64,000 nucleotides of DNA from Felis catus (lineage: Eukaryota). A program made the position numbers and the translations under genes. The notes beneath the pieces are model-generated. The model saw only the letters and a program-made list of their open reading frames with translations, ran no database searches and was not told the DNA's origin. The DNA lies in the NCBI RefSeq assembly GCF_018350175.1, contig NC_058368.1, forward strand, positions 29,328,001-29,392,000, in the 5' to 3' direction. The stretch's first letter is position 1. Every line of letters starts with the position of its first letter. Positions 36,293 through 47,439 of this stretch are shown in pieces.

Positions 36293-38413
36293 ATGCAGTC
36301 CCGGGAAGAAGCTCCGCGCTCTCGCCGCCTGGCCAGTCCCCGTGGTGGGAAGCGGCCCAAGAGGGTTCACAAGCCCACGGTTTCGGCTTTTTTCACGGGC
36401 CCGGAGGAGCTGAAGGACACGGCTCATTCTGCAGCCCTGCTGGCGCAGCTGAAGTCTTTCTACGACGCGCGGCTGTTATGTGATGTGACCATCGAGGTGG
36501 TGACACCTGGCAGCGGGCCTGGCACCGGCCGCCTCTTCCCCTGCAACCGTAATGTGCTGGCTGCCGCGTGTCCCTACTTCAAGAGCATGTTCACAGGTGG
36601 CATGTACGAGAGCCACCAGGCGAATGTGACCATGCATGATGTGGATGCCGAGTCCTTCGAGGTGCTGGTCGACTACTGCTACACAGGTCGTGTATCCTTG
36701 AGTGAAGCCAACGTGGAACGCCTTTACGCGGCCTCTGACATGTTGCAGCTCGAGTACGTGCGGGAAGCTTGTGCCTCCTTCCTAGCCCGCCGCCTTGACC
36801 TGGCTAATTGCACCGCCATCTTTAAGTTTGCCGACGCCTTCGGCCATCGCAAACTGCGATCACAGGCCCAGTCCTTCATCGCCCACAACTTCAAGCAGCT
36901 CAGCCAGATGGGTTCGATTCGGGAAGAGACTCTGGCAGACCTGACCCTTGCCCAGTTGCTGTCTATCCTGCGCCTTGATAGTCTAAACATAGAGCTTGAG
37001 CAGACCGTGTGTCATGTGGCAGTGCAGTGGTTGGAAGCGTCTCCCAAGGAGCGGGGTCCCAACGCTGCGGAAGTCTTCAAGTGTGTCCGCTGGACCCACT
37101 TCACAGATGAAAATAAGGACTACCTGGAAGGGCTGCTGACTAACACCATTGTGAAGAAGTACTGTCTGGACCTTATCGAAGGGGCCCTGCAGATGCGATA
37201 CGGTGACAAGTTGTGCAAGTCTCTGGTGCCGAAGCCAGAGAGCAGTGGCGGCAGCAGCGGCAGCGGCACTAGCGGCGGTGGCGGTGGCAGCGGCGGCAGC
37301 GGCAGCGGCAACAGCAGTGGCGGCGGTGGCGGCGGCAGCGGCTGCGGCAGTAGCAGCAGCAGCTCTATGGTACCTACATCAGAAAATCCGCCCCAGAGGC
37401 TGGGTGTGTGCGCTAAGAAGATGGTGATCTTCTTTGGACATCCTAGGGATCCCTTTCTGTGCTGTGACCCATACACCGGAGATATTTACAAAGTGCCGTC
37501 ACCTCTGACCTGCCTTGCTCACACCAGGACTGTAACCACCTTAGCTGTCTGTGTCTCTCCAGACCATGACATCTACCTGGCTGCCCAGCCCCGGAAAGAC
37601 CTGTGGGTGTATAAGCCAGCCCAGAATAGTTGGCAGCAGCTTGCCGACCGCCTGCTGTGTCGCGAGGGCATGGATGTGGCCTACCTCAATGGCTACATCT
37701 ACATCTTGGGTGGGCGAGACCCGATTACCGGCGTTAAATTGAAGGAAGTGGAATGCTACAGTGTTCAGAGAAACCAGTGGGCACTGGTGGCTCCGCTACC
37801 CCATTCTTTTATATCCTTTGATCTAATGGTAATTCAGAACTATCTTTATGCTCTCAACAGCAAGCGCATGTTCTGCTACGATCCTAGCCACAATATGTGG
37901 CTGAAGTGTGTTTCTCTGAAGCGCAATGACTTTCAGGAAGCCTGTGTCTTCAACGACGAGATCTACTGTATCTGTGACATCCCAGTCATGAAGGTCTACA
38001 ATCCAGTCAGAGGAGAGTGGAGGCAGATCAATAATATTCCCTTGGTGTCGGAGACCAACAACTACCGGATAATCAATCACGGCCAAAAACTGTTGCTGAT
38101 CACGTCGCGCACCCCACAGTGGAAGAAGAACCGGGTGACCGTGTATGAATATGACACTAGGGGAGACCAGTGGATTAACATAGGTACCACGTTAGGCCTC
38201 TTCCAGTTTGATTCCAACTTCTTCTGCCTGTCAGCTCGTGTTTATCCTTCCTGCCTCGAGCCTGGTCACAGTTTCCTCACGGAGGAAGAAGATGTGCCGA
38301 GTGAATCCAGTACTGAGTGGGATTTAGGTGGATTCAGTGAGCTGGACTCTGAGTCAGGAAGTTCAAGTTCTCTATCTGATGATGATTTGTGGGTTCAGGT
38401 AGCTCCTCAGTGA
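36293..38413 (+). CDS. KBTBD6: Kelch repeat and BTB domain-containing protein 6 (CUL3 substrate adaptor), single coding exon, 706 aa
   Basis: Uninterrupted ORF. The ATG at 36293 sits in tccaccATGc; the ORF track's 36176 start is a GTG. The protein starts MQSREEAPRSRRLASPRGGKRPK and has BTB (LLCDVTIEV...NRNVLAAACPYFKSMF), BACK and Kelch repeats (YIYILGGRD, VECYSVQRNQW), then an acidic tail ending DDDLWVQVAPQ. LFPCN, YKVPSPLTCLAHTRTVTTLAV, WLKCVSLKRNDF and the stop after VAPQ fit KBTBD6 rather than KBTBD7 as I recall them. Confidence 0.93.
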   Translation: MQSREEAPRSRRLASPRGGKRPKRVHKPTVSAFFTGPEELKDTAHSAALLAQLKSFYDARLLCDVTIEVVTPGSGPGTGRLFPCNRNVLAAACPYFKSMFTGGMYESHQANVTMHDVDAESFEVLVDYCYTGRVSLSEANVERLYAASDMLQLEYVREACASFLARRLDLANCTAIFKFADAFGHRKLRSQAQSFIAHNFKQLSQMGSIREETLADLTLAQLLSILRLDSLNIELEQTVCHVAVQWLEASPKERGPNAAEVFKCVRWTHFTDENKDYLEGLLTNTIVKKYCLDLIEGALQMRYGDKLCKSLVPKPESSGGSSGSGTSGGGGGSGGSGSGNSSGGGGGGSGCGSSSSSSMVPTSENPPQRLGVCAKKMVIFFGHPRDPFLCCDPYTGDIYKVPSPLTCLAHTRTVTTLAVCVSPDHDIYLAAQPRKDLWVYKPAQNSWQQLADRLLCREGMDVAYLNGYIYILGGRDPITGVKLKEVECYSVQRNQWALVAPLPHSFISFDLMVIQNYLYALNSKRMFCYDPSHNMWLKCVSLKRNDFQEACVFNDEIYCICDIPVMKVYNPVRGEWRQINNIPLVSETNNYRIINHGQKLLLITSRTPQWKKNRVTVYEYDTRGDQWINIGTTLGLFQFDSNFFCLSARVYPSCLEPGHSFLTEEEDVPSESSTEWDLGGFSELDSESGSSSSLSDDDLWVQVAPQ
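37241..37366 (+). repeat. Imperfect GGC/AGC triplet repeat encoding a 42-aa Gly/Ser tract
   Basis: agcagtggcggcagcagcggc...agcagcagcagctct, in frame between BACK and Kelch. Confidence 0.95.
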
Positions 38414-40710
38414 AATGCACAGGATCAGAATTTGTTGTAGATAGGTTGAAACACTACGGTGTTTTTACTGCTTTGGAAAGTGTCTTAAAGAGATACCCTT
38501 TCTCTTTGCTGGGAAAACAACAAAACAAAACAGGTTGATTAATTTCAGGTTTGGTTTAGAAAGGGTATTGTTTGAAATACTAACATATTTAATGTTAGGG
38601 AGTTTATACACTCAAAGAAATCAACCTATTTAATAATTTACTGTTCTAAAAGTCCTATATTGATTTGATTGTTTGGTATGTTTATGTTCGATTATACTAA
38701 TTTAGTCTTCTGTTCTTAAATCTTATATTCTGTTTCGTGCCACAAGTACTGTGACTTGAATTTTGATTTTTAAAATAGAAAACTTACTGGCTAGGAATTA
38801 CCAGGTGGGGTTTTGAAAGTATATATTTTCCTTCAGAACAGGGTAGTAGGTTTCCAAAACTTTAAATTAGTGGGTTATTACAAAATGTGTTCTAATTTAA
38901 ATATAGTTTGCCAGGTTTTAGTTTCGTTACCTCCCCTGTGTGAAGAAGAGAAACAAAGAAAGCTTATGTGTTTAATGTGACTGGTGATTTCATTTGTAAT
39001 GATGTGCAGAATGGCAGTAAGCTCACTAAAAGTAAAAACGAAGCAAACAAAAACAGGATTCTACTGTTTGGAAAGAAATTCGTTTTAAATTTGTAATATA
39101 AAATGTGTATTTGCAAACAGTGACCAGTTTTCCATCTGTTCTAGTAGTGTCACCAGTCATTGAGAAACCTTAAAAAAAACAAAAACAAAACTAACTTGCT
39201 TTGTCGCTTCACATTTTTGACCTATACTTGATACATGCTTCACAGAATCAGAGGAATAATCCTCTTTTTCACTGGAGACGATTGTGTAAATTTGTATCCA
39301 TTGTCTTAAAAAGTTTATGTGACTCTTAAAATACTTGGGCTGTACAATTTTAGTGTTCATCTGAGATTTGTCAGCAAAATGTGATTATTCTTTGCTGTTT
39401 AATGAGATAATATTCGTTTTGAAAATATGTGTAAGCTAAGAACAGTATTTTATTGAGATCAGTAGATATTGTGTCTATCAACTATAAAATCAAGTGCCAG
39501 CAAAGGACTTTAAAACTTTAAGTTGTGTATAGAACTGTTTTGTGTAGCATTGAAATATTGTCAGTTTTTGTAAGTCACTAAATGTTATTATCAGCTTAAA
39601 GGTATTTTTGTATTAAAAGTTTACAGTTAAATAACATAAGTGAATGATGGCATTTGGGGCCAGTAGTGAAAGTATATTTCGTCTAAAATATTTCCCTAAG
39701 CAGTGGTATACATGGTTATTTTATTAGGATATTTGTATTTGTTCTGTGTTTCTCTGTGAACCACGCTCCAGTCTTTGTTTCTGTCACACTACGTAAGGGA
39801 ATGTTCAGAAACAGAGACTAAATCATAACAAAACTGACATTGCTAAATACAAGTGCTTACCTCTTGAGGGTTTACTAGATATGGTTGTCACGCTACATAC
39901 ACGTGATAATGACCGGTTACTTATGGTGTATATGTTTTTTCTATACCCAGTTAGAATTTTCTTCTTGAATCTTCATTTAGTAACATGCTAATTCCTCTTC
40001 GACGTTTATGCTCTAGTGACAGAATGCTAACATTTCTTACACCCTGGCTGAGTACAGAGGATTGTGCTCTCAGGTGGGGACCTGAATTTTTTAATGAAAT
40101 ACCATAGGATGAAAATGGAGAAAGGGAGACACAAAAGGTTTAAAAAAAGAAAAAAAGGTTGTCAGCCATTTTGATTGGCCATTTGAAGATACTACACAAC
40201 ATTCCTGTTTAACATTTTTAGTGAAATAAGATGCTTGTCCTAACAGTACGTGTTCCTTCAAAAGGGCAAACATGCTTTTAGTTGTGTAAGACTACGTTTT
40301 GTTCTATTTAACAGCAGGGTTGTTACGAGCACTGTACTTAACACAAAGCTGTGTCTCAGTAGTGTATTTGGCCAATTTTTTCTTCACCAGTAACTTCTTG
40401 TGGGTAGCTTTTTGTTTTGTAAGGTTGAAATAGGACAGTGCTGATCTTAACCAGATTGTCCATCTGCAGAATTAAGGTATGCAAACGATTGAGGAGTGAC
40501 AAATTCTCTGATTTGTCATTCTCAACCTTTGAGTTAGTAAAAGCTAAGTAGCAGTGATATCTTGGTTTACAAAGAAGTTTTCTTGGGAAGAATTTTGGTT
40601 TCGTGATATATTTGTGAATTAGAGAATCGGTGTTAATCATTATTTTATAGGTAAGTGATTTGTATGTGATTAGTTGCAAATAAAACTGGTATTAGAACCT
40701 AAACTTCCTG
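38414..40710 (+). other. Probable KBTBD6 3' UTR
   Basis: AT-rich, interspersed-repeat-free unique sequence running from the stop codon to an AATAAA. Confidence 0.6.
40679..40684 (+). terminator. Candidate polyadenylation signal AATAAA
   Basis: AATAAA followed about 30-45 nt later by a U/GU-rich tract (tttttaattcagtgtttgtg). An ATTAAA at 39612-39617 is an alternative. Confidence 0.55.
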
Positions 40711-41159
40711 ACTTTTTAATTCAGTGTTTGTGCTAAATGTGTAATGCTCTTGCCTGTGCATTGAATGATGCAACTAGCAGTGTTGAAATCCCTTCTTGAT
40801 GGGAGAGCACCTTTGTCTCAGTTTTCCAATTAATCGGCACATCTTTTAGCAGATGTTCAATAGAACATTGCAAGACTACTCTTCTTAAGATTTAGAATGA
40901 CCTTAATTACCTTTGTATCTGTTCCTGTAGTCTGAAAAGTGTAACCCAAATTTTTATAAGTTCTAAGTTTGAATAAGTGTCGTTAGGGTTTCCAAAAGGA
41001 TAAACTAGAAGCTAATTTAGCAATTGGCTTGTTTATATATGGATTAAAGAAAGAAATTAAATTATAATAGCTCTTTTCATTGATTTTAGTTAAGCAGAGA
41101 TTTTTAAAGTTTCTGTACCTGACGTTTTTGAGAATCTGGGGAAAGCTTTTGATCTATTT

Positions 41160-41358
41160 CTTTTTTAAATTAAAAAAAATTTTTTTTTTTTAATTTTAGA
41201 GAAAGCGTGAGCAGGGAGAGAAGGAGAGGGAGAATCTTAAGCAGCTTCCATGCCCAGTGAGGAGCCCAATGTGGGGCGCGATCCTACGACCTTGGGGTCA
41301 TGACCTGAGCCAAAATCAAGAGTCAGATGTTCCACCAACTGTGCCACCCAGGCACCCC
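41160..41358 (-). mobile_element. Can-SINE
   Basis: Standard antisense structure. Confidence 0.9.
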
Positions 41359-42199
41359 TTGATTTATTCTCAAGAAAAAGGCAAATTTGTTATAATTTTA
41401 TAATGTCAAAGATGACAGGACACTTCTGCTCATCTTAACTGAGGTAAGAATACATGTGACAGTCTCTCCTTCCCTTATCTGTTTAAAAAGGTCAAGGCCC
41501 TTTTCATCTAATTTTAAAGAAACATTCATTATAGCAAATATGATAAAGCAGGGAAGGTTAGGAAGCAAAATTATTTACAGAAAATGTGACTCACGGTAGA
41601 AATGTAACAGTTAATGTTTCTTCTAAAACCAACAAGAGCATAGAATATATACAAACCAATTGATTTTTTACATAATAATAAACAAGATAATGTTCACAGA
41701 AGCTGCCATGGAGGCAATAGGTTTTGTGTAGAACAGGAAAAAGATCCCCTTCTTGACTGAGCCATTTGTCACCTGGATCTGTTTCATCAAACTGCCATTC
41801 CTTACATATATAACCTTGAGGACTCCACGTGGTCCAAGGCACAGAGAGAGTAGGGAACATATTGTTACATAACATCCCATCTGTATGTGAGACCCATTTT
41901 CTCTTAAAACAACCTAGTCTGTTGTCACCTAATGGACTCAACCTTTTACACTCACACCTCCAAAGTTAAAATTGCTGCTTAGAAGTACCATATCTTAATC
42001 AAATATTGTTTTGGGGCAAACTATTTGTTAATTCTAGGGAAACTAGCAAAAAGGGACTTTATGTGTCAGGCAAAAATACTTTCTTTCAAACAAATGTTTG
42101 TGCCTTAGAGGAAGAGAAGAGCCAGGACTCAATTGTAAGCAACATTACCTTAACATAGATCATGTTAAGAAAATTCAGTAGATTTTTTTTCTTTCTTTT

Positions 42200-42785
42200 T
42201 TGCCTATTTTAACAGAAAAATCCAGCAAGGGAACTTACTTCAGGCACAGCCTCATCTAGATAGAGTCTCAGTGTCTTCAGGGCTTTCTCTGTTTAGAGAA
42301 GACCTAATGTTTTCTCTCACTTTGTATATTGGCTGGAATGTAGGTCTGGTTGTTTGTAATAGAGACCCAGTAGTTATTTAAATAAGTTTCTCTTATAAAA
42401 GTCCAACCTGTTATGTTTTTGCCCCTCATCTAGAAAATCCCCTGAGACCCAGGCTTTTCTGTTTCCCCATTCTGCCATTCTTGGGGTTATGTCCTGGTCC
42501 ACACGGTTTAAACCAGTTTATACTTGTGTCCATATTCCAGCCATCAAGAAAAGAGGAAGGGGGAGGGAAAGGCATGAGCCTATCTTATAAAGGAAGTTGT
42601 ACACATCACTTCCAGTCACATGACCTACACCAGATCTTAACCACATAGGCATACCTAACTTGAAGACTGCCTAAAAGAGGTAGTCTTTATTCTAGAACAA
42701 TGTGTATTGAATTAAAATTCAGGGGTTCCTTCTTATAGAATGGAGGAGAAAGGCTATTAGGTTAAATAGCAATCTCTACCATACC
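42200..42785 (-). mobile_element. Old MLT1-like LTR remnants
   Basis: ggaagttgtacacatcacttcc...cacataggcatacctaact...gtagtctttattcta...atagcaatctctaccata. Confidence 0.5.
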
Positions 42786-43759
42786 ATCTGTCAGGCCAGA
42801 TGTTATCACATGGCAGGCAAAGGGATAACACCATCCCCAGGGGTTATTGCAATCCGCGTAACATGGACTGGGCCTTCCACTCCAGAAAGCCTTGGGGAGC
42901 TCCCTGGGCTCTTGCTGCTGCCCTGAACAGAAAAGGCAAGGAAAGGCACTTCATCTTGTTTTGACTAAATAAAGCTTCGTAGACTATGTGTATACTGAAA
43001 CCCTAGATCATTAGCCAAAGTCTAGTGTTGGCATTATATCATGGAATGTTTCCACTTCCTGAGAGGAAAGAATAGAGTACTGACAAATGGCTCTGTATAA
43101 TCAATGGTAGTATTAATTATCTTAAACAGCAAATGTTGCTTCTGTTAAAAAGAAAAGATATCAGAATCACAGAGTAATGATGAAAACTGGAAGTTTCTTA
43201 GAACAAGCTCAGCTATTTAGCAATATTCTAGCATTTTCTGTCCCTCAATCATCTTTGCAGTGCTGTGTGAATATAAATCTATTCGTCTCCCCCTCTGTTG
43301 AAGCCCATGCAGTTAGCCACAATAGTCCATTCAAAACCTAGTTTCTTGCTGAATTCTTGTACTGACTTCCGGTTAATCATAGTTTATTCAATATACACAT
43401 AAAGTGTCACTTTCTGTGTTTGTGAAAACTTCAAAACAGCTGCAGAGAACATTTTGAATAACCGCTTCTGTCAAGTTTGTGATACAGTTTTTATCATTAT
43501 AATTTTCATTACAAATACCCATATTTATTTTAAAAACACATTCAAACAACCCTTGTTTTTATAGAGAACCCTAAACTCTATCAGCAAGTAAAGAGTAATA
43601 CTTCAGTTAGTAGTTCTGTTTCTATCCCTACGTTAATAAAGATTCTAAGACTCCATTTTCTATTTCACTTCTTTTAGATCTCCTATAAGCCCAAAGACAC
43701 GATTTTTAATATATGCCGTGACTGGGTCCTTCTGCATTTTCTGCGCTAGATACCTCTGG

Positions 43760-43980
43760 TTTAGTATCACAACCCAATTACTTTCTTTCCTGTAGGACTT
43801 TCTCACATGCGGGAATTATTCAGTTTATTGATTTGTTTACTCTTTATTATCTGTCTCCTGCTCTAGAATGTGAACTCCATCATGGAGGGACCACGTCTGT
43901 CTTTGCCTCAGCTCCTAACATAGCCAGGCACAGCATCAGCATTCAACGAATATTTGTTGAACAAAGAAATAAATGTATTT
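43760..43980 (+). mobile_element. L2 3' end
   Basis: tctgtctcc..ctagaatgtgaactcca...cctaacatagccaggcaca...aatatttgttgaa. Confidence 0.75.
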
Positions 43981-44499
43981 GGTGCTTGTTTGCATTTATA
44001 TGAGAAACACTTGCATTTAGAAATCTCATCTTTTTGTCAATTTTCCAGCTTTGAGGGAGAGCTATTATTAAACTCTTTTGTCTGGTTGTCATAGCAACCC
44101 ACTGGCCTCCAGAGCTACAGGTTATTTCTGATGGGCATATTCTACCAGACAACCAAATGCAGGGTTTTTTCAATTACGGAATAATGATGCTATTATAAAT
44201 CACATTCCTCACACTGTATATTTCTTTATCTTTTATAAAGAATGCAGGGAATTAGAAAGCAAACAAATCTGTTCAGATTGTAAACGCTATAGGATATAAA
44301 GCAGTATAATTACTATATCTCTAAACCCCCAAGCCTTTCTATCCCCTCCAAGTTCTCCACTTTTCCGCAAGTACCTGTGAATTTGGTTGGGTTTTCTGTC
44401 TGAGTTGTTAACGAAGTTTAAAAATTAATTGCTCCAAAACAAACTAAAGAGCTCTGTCATGGCTTAATTTTCCTTTTTCTCCTCCTTGCTTGTTTCTTT

Positions 44500-44706
44500 C
44501 TTCTTTATTTTTTATTTTTTTTAAGTTTGTTTATTTTGGACAGAGCATGAGCCGGGGAGGGGTAGAGAGAGAGGGGAGCAGAGTATCTGAAGCAGGCTCC
44601 GCACTGACAGCAGCCAGCCCAATGTGGGGCTTGAACCCCATAGACTATGAGATCATGACGTGAGCCAAAGCCAGATTCTTTATCAACTGAGCCACCCAGG
44701 TGTCCC
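44500..44706 (-). mobile_element. Can-SINE
   Basis: TSD cctccttgcttgtttctt. Confidence 0.9.
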
Positions 44707-45362
44707 ACCTCCTTGCTTGTTTCTTAAGTTTCACACAAAATTAGCAAATGATAGTAGTCTTACAAAAATTGAGATTTGTGCTGAAAAGGTCCCAAATTAG
44801 GTACTTCCCACCCTTGTTCCTTCCGCTCATATTTTAGTTTCAGGAGCCAAGAGGGTTTTATTAAACTGTAATCATAGAAATCATGTAATCATAGAAATCA
44901 TAGAAATGTTCAATACAGCAGGGTTTATCTGGGCCACTCAGCCAGCCGTCAATGTAGGTTTTCAAAGGCAGAGCCTGTTCTCTACTGCTGGATACGCTGA
45001 GGGCACCATTTTACCTGTATGTTATGACGCATTTTCTCTTCTGTAGGTTTTCGTCACATACTGGGGAGTCAGGTACCGCCCCGTTCCAGTGTATACCCAC
45101 CCGTTGGAAGTAATCACTGTGGTAATCCAATGTGGTAATCGTTACCACACCCTTCCTCTGCGCACTTCTAAATGCTTTTCTCATCAATAAGGTTATAATA
45201 CCACCAGTGAGCAGTCTCACAACCTCATCTAAATGAAAATTGTCTTGCAGTTAACTTGCCTTCTGGGTTTTGACATAAAAGCAGTAACCACCCACAGCTG
45301 CCAGTTAGCAGGCATTGTAAAGGGATTCATGCTAAACGGATGATCTCGATTTGTCTTCCCCG

Positions 45363-45541
45363 TTTTTTTTTAAAGTTTATTTATTTATTTTGAGAGAGAG
45401 CAAGCACATGCAAGTGGAGGAGGAGTAAAGAGAGGGAGAGCGAGGGAATCCCAAGCAGGCTCTGCACTGTCAGCATGGAGCCCAATGCAGAACTCAAAGC
45501 CATGACCGATGAACTGTGAGATCATGACTGAGCCACCCAGT
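45363..45541 (-). mobile_element. Can-SINE (internally deleted)
   Basis: gagatcatgac joined directly to tgagccacccag. Confidence 0.85.
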
Positions 45542-45809
45542 CATTTTTAACACTTTTAAACAGAGGGGTTCGACAGCAGGAAGACAGGATCAGCAAAGTC
45601 TTGTTACTTGTGGAATTTCAAACCATGCACCGACCCAGTTACCTTTTTATTAATTTTTTACATGAGGGATACCGTCAATGTCACGTACTGACAATTGTAC
45701 AGATATTAGTGGATTCTATCTACTGGAAAAACAAGTCGAGCAAAGATGTTAGGAAACCATTGCATCTGATACTGCTTTTCAATCTGAAGACTTCCTCTAT
45801 CTCTATTCT

Positions 45810-46032
45810 ATTTTATTTAAAAAAATTTTTTTAAATATTTATTTTTGAGAGAGAGAGAGACAGAGTATGAGTGGGGCAGGGGCAGCGAGAGAGGGAGACA
45901 CAGAATCAGAAGCAGGCTCCAGGCTCCGAGCTGTCAGCACAGAGCCCGATGTGGGGCTCAAACTCACGAACGGTGAGATCCTGACCTGAGCCAGAGTCAG
46001 ATGCCTAACCGACTGACCTACCCAGGCGCCCC
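45810..46032 (-). mobile_element. Can-SINE
   Basis: TSD ctatctctatt. Confidence 0.93.
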
Positions 46033-46057
46033 TATCTCTATTTTAAACAACAGAACA

Positions 46058-46260
46058 GGGGCACCTAGGTGGCTCAGTCGGTTGATCATTCGACTCTTGG
46101 TTTTGGCTCAGGTCACGATCTCACGGTTTCAGGTGTTCGAGCCCCACAACAGGCTCTGCGCTCACAGCACAAAGCCTGTTTGAGATTCTCCCCCTCTCCC
46201 TGCCCCTCCCCTGCTCACACTCTCTCTGTCTCTCTCAAAAGAAATAAACATAAAAAAAAG
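46058..46260 (+). mobile_element. Can-SINE
   Basis: TSD aacagaacag. Confidence 0.9.
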
Positions 46261-46469
46261 TTCTTTTAATAATAAACAGAACAGTTATGAGCCATAATGG
46301 AAACAAGCATGTGATAATACTGGCAGGCTATATGTGACAATTCAGCATCGAGGTTAGGGTCCATGTGAAGAACAGAAGCCCAAAACGAAGTCAAAATATC
46401 ATATTTTGCAATGAAACAAATACTGGCATATCAAAACAAATTAGAAAAAGTAAGAGTATTACATAATAT

Positions 46470-46677
46470 GGGGCGCCTGAGTGGCTCAGTCGGTTAAGTG
46501 TCCAACTTCGGTTCAGGTCATGATCTCACAGTTCATGGGTTCGAGCCTGCGGTTGGGCCGTCTGCTGACAACCTTGAAGCCTGGAGCCTGCTTCAGATTC
46601 TGTGTCGCACTCTCTCTGCCCCTCCCCTGTTTGTGTTCTTGCTCTCTCTTAAAACTAAATAAACATTAAAAAAAAAT
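46470..46677 (+). mobile_element. Can-SINE
   Basis: Standard sense structure. Confidence 0.9.
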
Positions 46678-47054
46678 TTTTTTAATTATCATATAATAAT
46701 TCCAACTTTATGTTTTAATGCTGCACTTAAGGAAAGTTGGATTCAATTCAGGAGAATTAAGAGGTGAATTTGTGAATTTTCTGGGTTTAGAAATAAATTA
46801 CACAGATTCTGTTTGGAATAACAAGTTATACCTTGAGATTTTAGGTATGATTCTGATCATTTTTAGTTTTTATTAAGGAGCTACTCAAAGACAGTAACTT
46901 AACCTCTCAAAACAAGATATTCATGTATTTTTTTCGTCTATTCTCAATCTCTTGCTTACTTTCTGGATTTGAAGATCGTTTTCTTTTGGGCTCATAGTTA
47001 TGTGTCATTGCTTAACCAACATCTTTCCTGACCCTCATCTAATAACTGGAATAG

Positions 47055-47240
47055 CACACCTGGGCAATTCAGTCAGTTAAGCACTGGATTCTTCCTTTCA
47101 GCGGGGTCATGATCTCACAGTGGGAAGATCAAGCCCCACATTGGCTCCCTGCCGAGCAGGGAGACTGCTTAAGATTCTCTCTCTCTGCCCCTCCCCCACC
47201 CCCTCTCTGTCTAAAACAAAAATTAAACAAAAATTTAAAA
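47055..47240 (+). mobile_element. Can-SINE (diverged)
   Basis: cagtcagttaagcac...ggtcatgatctcacag. Confidence 0.8.
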
Positions 47241-47439
47241 TTAATAATTGAAACAACTCAAGATTTTATGAGTTCATACTCACATGTTCCTTTCATACTC
47301 CAAATTGGGTTACAACACCCTTTTCATTTTGTCATACTTCCTCAAATCTTTTCTTGAAAACAAGTTTTGTTGTACAGATTTTATAGTTCATACTATAGAT
47401 ATGATTTTATGTGATTTTGTCACACTTCCTCATTTCACA

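Larger units (their letters stand above)
35750..37400. promoter_or_regulatory. CpG island covering the KBTBD6 promoter and 5' CDS
   Basis: CpG and GC content rise abruptly from about 35750 against CpG-depleted flanks; boundaries judged by eye. Confidence 0.85.

Noticed and set aside
37120..37476. Overlapping poly-Ala (+) and poly-Pro/Leu (-) ORFs
   Set aside because: They are alternative-frame shadows of the GGC/AGC repeat, with no independent support.
36293..38413. Calling the gene KBTBD7 or a processed pseudogene
   Set aside because: The frame is intact, it has its own CpG-island promoter, KBTBD6/7 are naturally single-exon, and most diagnostic residues and the stop position fit KBTBD6.
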